A stretch of 64,000 bases of DNA, from NCBI RefSeq assembly GCF_003918875.1, contig NW_025767447.1:186001-250000 (forward strand), written 5' to 3'. Under the pieces are notes generated by a model. The model was not told where the DNA came from. It did no database searches and saw nothing but the letters and a program-made list of their open reading frames with translations. Shown here piece after piece: positions 61,758 through 64,000 of this stretch (the first letter of the stretch is position 1; every line of letters begins with the position of its first letter). This DNA comes from Haliotis rubra. Taxonomy: Eukaryota. Position numbers and translations under genes: made by a program.

Positions 61758-64000
61758 CTGGAACAAAAAAAGTGAGTCTGTAAATAATAACGAAAGATGA
61801 AGATTGAGGCATAGTTTCAAGTAAAATATTGTTCCATCATGACATCATTCTGCAGATCCAAACAAGTGCTTGCAAGCCCACAATATCATTCAGTGGACCA
61901 TGCTGCTTTTGAGGTAGTACATATGTGTTTGTGAGACCATCAAAGATTAGCCAAACTCCCTTGTTCAATAAATGGACTTGTCCACCATTGCTAAGATCAG
62001 ATCAGTGATCTATATGTAAATACAAGTAAATATTATAAAGCTTGTAAATTTCATTAAGATTTTTCCTTCTGTGTCAGTGTTGTTATTGTATTACATTGTT
62101 TAGGTTAAGATTCCGTGCAGGGCAAGTCGCTCTATTTTGAAGTTTTTTTATGCCAAGGGTGGCATGGAAACTTCTAAATTGCATAGACCTATCTAGCTTA
62201 GAAAAACCTTTCTTGGAGCTTTTTAAAACTGATATTAAAGGAGTGAGGTATGCCTCCATCATGTCACATTGCACGCACACACGCACACACGCACACACAC
62301 ACACACATGTGCATGCAAACATATACATGCACACACAAGCAAACTCTTTAACCATTGGGCTACCCCACCGCCCCCTAATGTCTACAGGGTGAAAGCCCAG
62401 GTAAACAATTAGTTTTTAGTCCGTCAAGAATACCTTAAGGCCTATCACTGTCCATACTTAATTATTATTACATGTATATCATCTCCATCTCATTTTTATA
62501 ACTTTAGCTTTGTTTTGGAAGAAGTTTCACCATTTTGTTTCTATGATCAATAACATAATTCGCACAGAATTTCTTATCTTGTGTGTTAAACCTCACACTA
62601 CAAGGATCAAGTTATGAATTCTTGGCGTCTATGGGAAAAATAACTGTCCTGCCACATATGCCTTATGATTTTTATATAGTTGCCTGTAGTCAAGGGTAGG
62701 GCTGTAACGATTCTGTTTGATTCATCGAAAATCGAATCTGACACCTTAGTTTCGATTTTCGATAACCATTGTCACTATTTATTTGAATGCCTATTTAAAT
62801 TATTTCCACTCAGTGAGAACGTAATTTGGAGCAATTCAAGCAGTTTCGAGCACTGAAATAAGGCGAAACGTGATAGCTGATGCCGAACTAATTATCCAAT
62901 GAGAATTGTTGTTAAAGTACTGTCGGAAATAGAAAAAAACTGTATTTTCTCATTTATCTCTACAATTTATGTAGTTGATATGTGCAAGTGTGAAATATAT
63001 GTTAAACTAAGTTCGGCCTAACTACAGTCTCAGTGGTGGGGACATACGAAACGTAGAAAAAGGGCTTTACTGGGGAGAGATTAGTGCAGAAATGAGCAAT
63101 GCGGTTTTTTTCTAAGTCCAAAACGATTTATTTGGAACAGACCATGGCTTTATGCCAATTAGTGTGCGATGATATTGTATTACAAAGGACACTTTTTAAA
63201 TGCCCATTTTGAAATTAGACGTAGCTTCATTATAAACGATAGCTGGCATAAAAAATAATGACTTTCATGCTGAAACTATTAAGGATGTAGCTATCATGGA
63301 GCCTCACTATCACTATAAAAAGAAACAGAGAGAAGGGTTCGTCTCAAAAGCAAAACCTGGACGGGTATCGGAGACGATTGTTGGGGTCGGGCTGGGGGGT
63401 AGAGATATCAGCTAAGATAAGATAATCCTTTAGGGCAATTATACTGGGGAAGTACACGGCATGTCATAACAATTTACAAATAATATCCAGTCCTGTCGAT
63501 CTTCGCGATTGGGTGGTCATGCCACCTATATAGTTTGAGACATGTAATACGATGCGTTTCTATGGTTATCAGGTATCATACTCTTTTACATATCTCAACA
63601 TAAACTTTATGAAAGAAAGACACGTAAGATGTTAATCAATAGATGAGACATAGTCAGCACACATGAAAAAGCACAAAATATCTTTGATATGACCCCTTGT
63701 GCCTGTAAGGCAGCGCATGCATTTCATGCTAGGTGAGTCGACGGTCCGTCATCATACCTGGCTGAGCGACCTAATTGCCATCTATAGTCTGATCTATTGT
63801 TTTCAGCAACTATTTGTATTTTTTCTAAGTTTTGCCCGATTTTACGAGTAAACATGCTTTTCCGGATATCCTATTACGCATCCCACTGAATGCCAAGTTA
63901 GGCCAAAGTGGCTTATTTCGACATATGCTATTTGCAGTTGTGTAAATTTTAGGGATACAGAGTAACAGCCTAAAAACAGTTTTTTTCTATTTCCGACAGT

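Noticed and set aside
63758-63781. Possible first coding exon of gene A (ATG..MAIRSLSQ|gtatga) in a CpG-richer region
   Set aside because: Ends in phase 0 while the next exon needs phase 1, and there is no hydrophobic signal peptide; unsupported without transcripts.

Overview
Eukaryotic (invertebrate, very likely molluscan; the tRNA-derived SINEs with (ACTC)n tails look abalone/Haliotis-like, from memory) genomic DNA. Two tandem, same-strand (-) non-classical cadherin genes were rebuilt by hand from GT-AG exons. Gene A (about 61.76-21.5 kb, 36 confident exons plus 2 tentative tail exons, about 1,750 aa) has 14 cadherin repeats, a membrane-adjacent domain, one TM helix and a very short tail, i.e. 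a Cad87A-like architecture. Gene B (7 exons seen, 8082-1093, runs off the left edge) is a diverged paralogue with the same intron positions and phases. Neither signal-peptide exon was identified. Introns and the intergenic gap are packed with minisatellites, SINEs, a truncated LINE nested in a SINE, an R4/Dong-type RLE retroelement in the (TAA)n tail of another SINE, and MITE/fold-back elements. Most striking pattern: several minisatellites are built from the adjacent splice junction itself (unit = splice site + terminal exon bases), giving arrays of decoy donors or acceptors; most acceptor decoys are weaker than the real site. All long ORFs in the ORF track are satellite artefacts.
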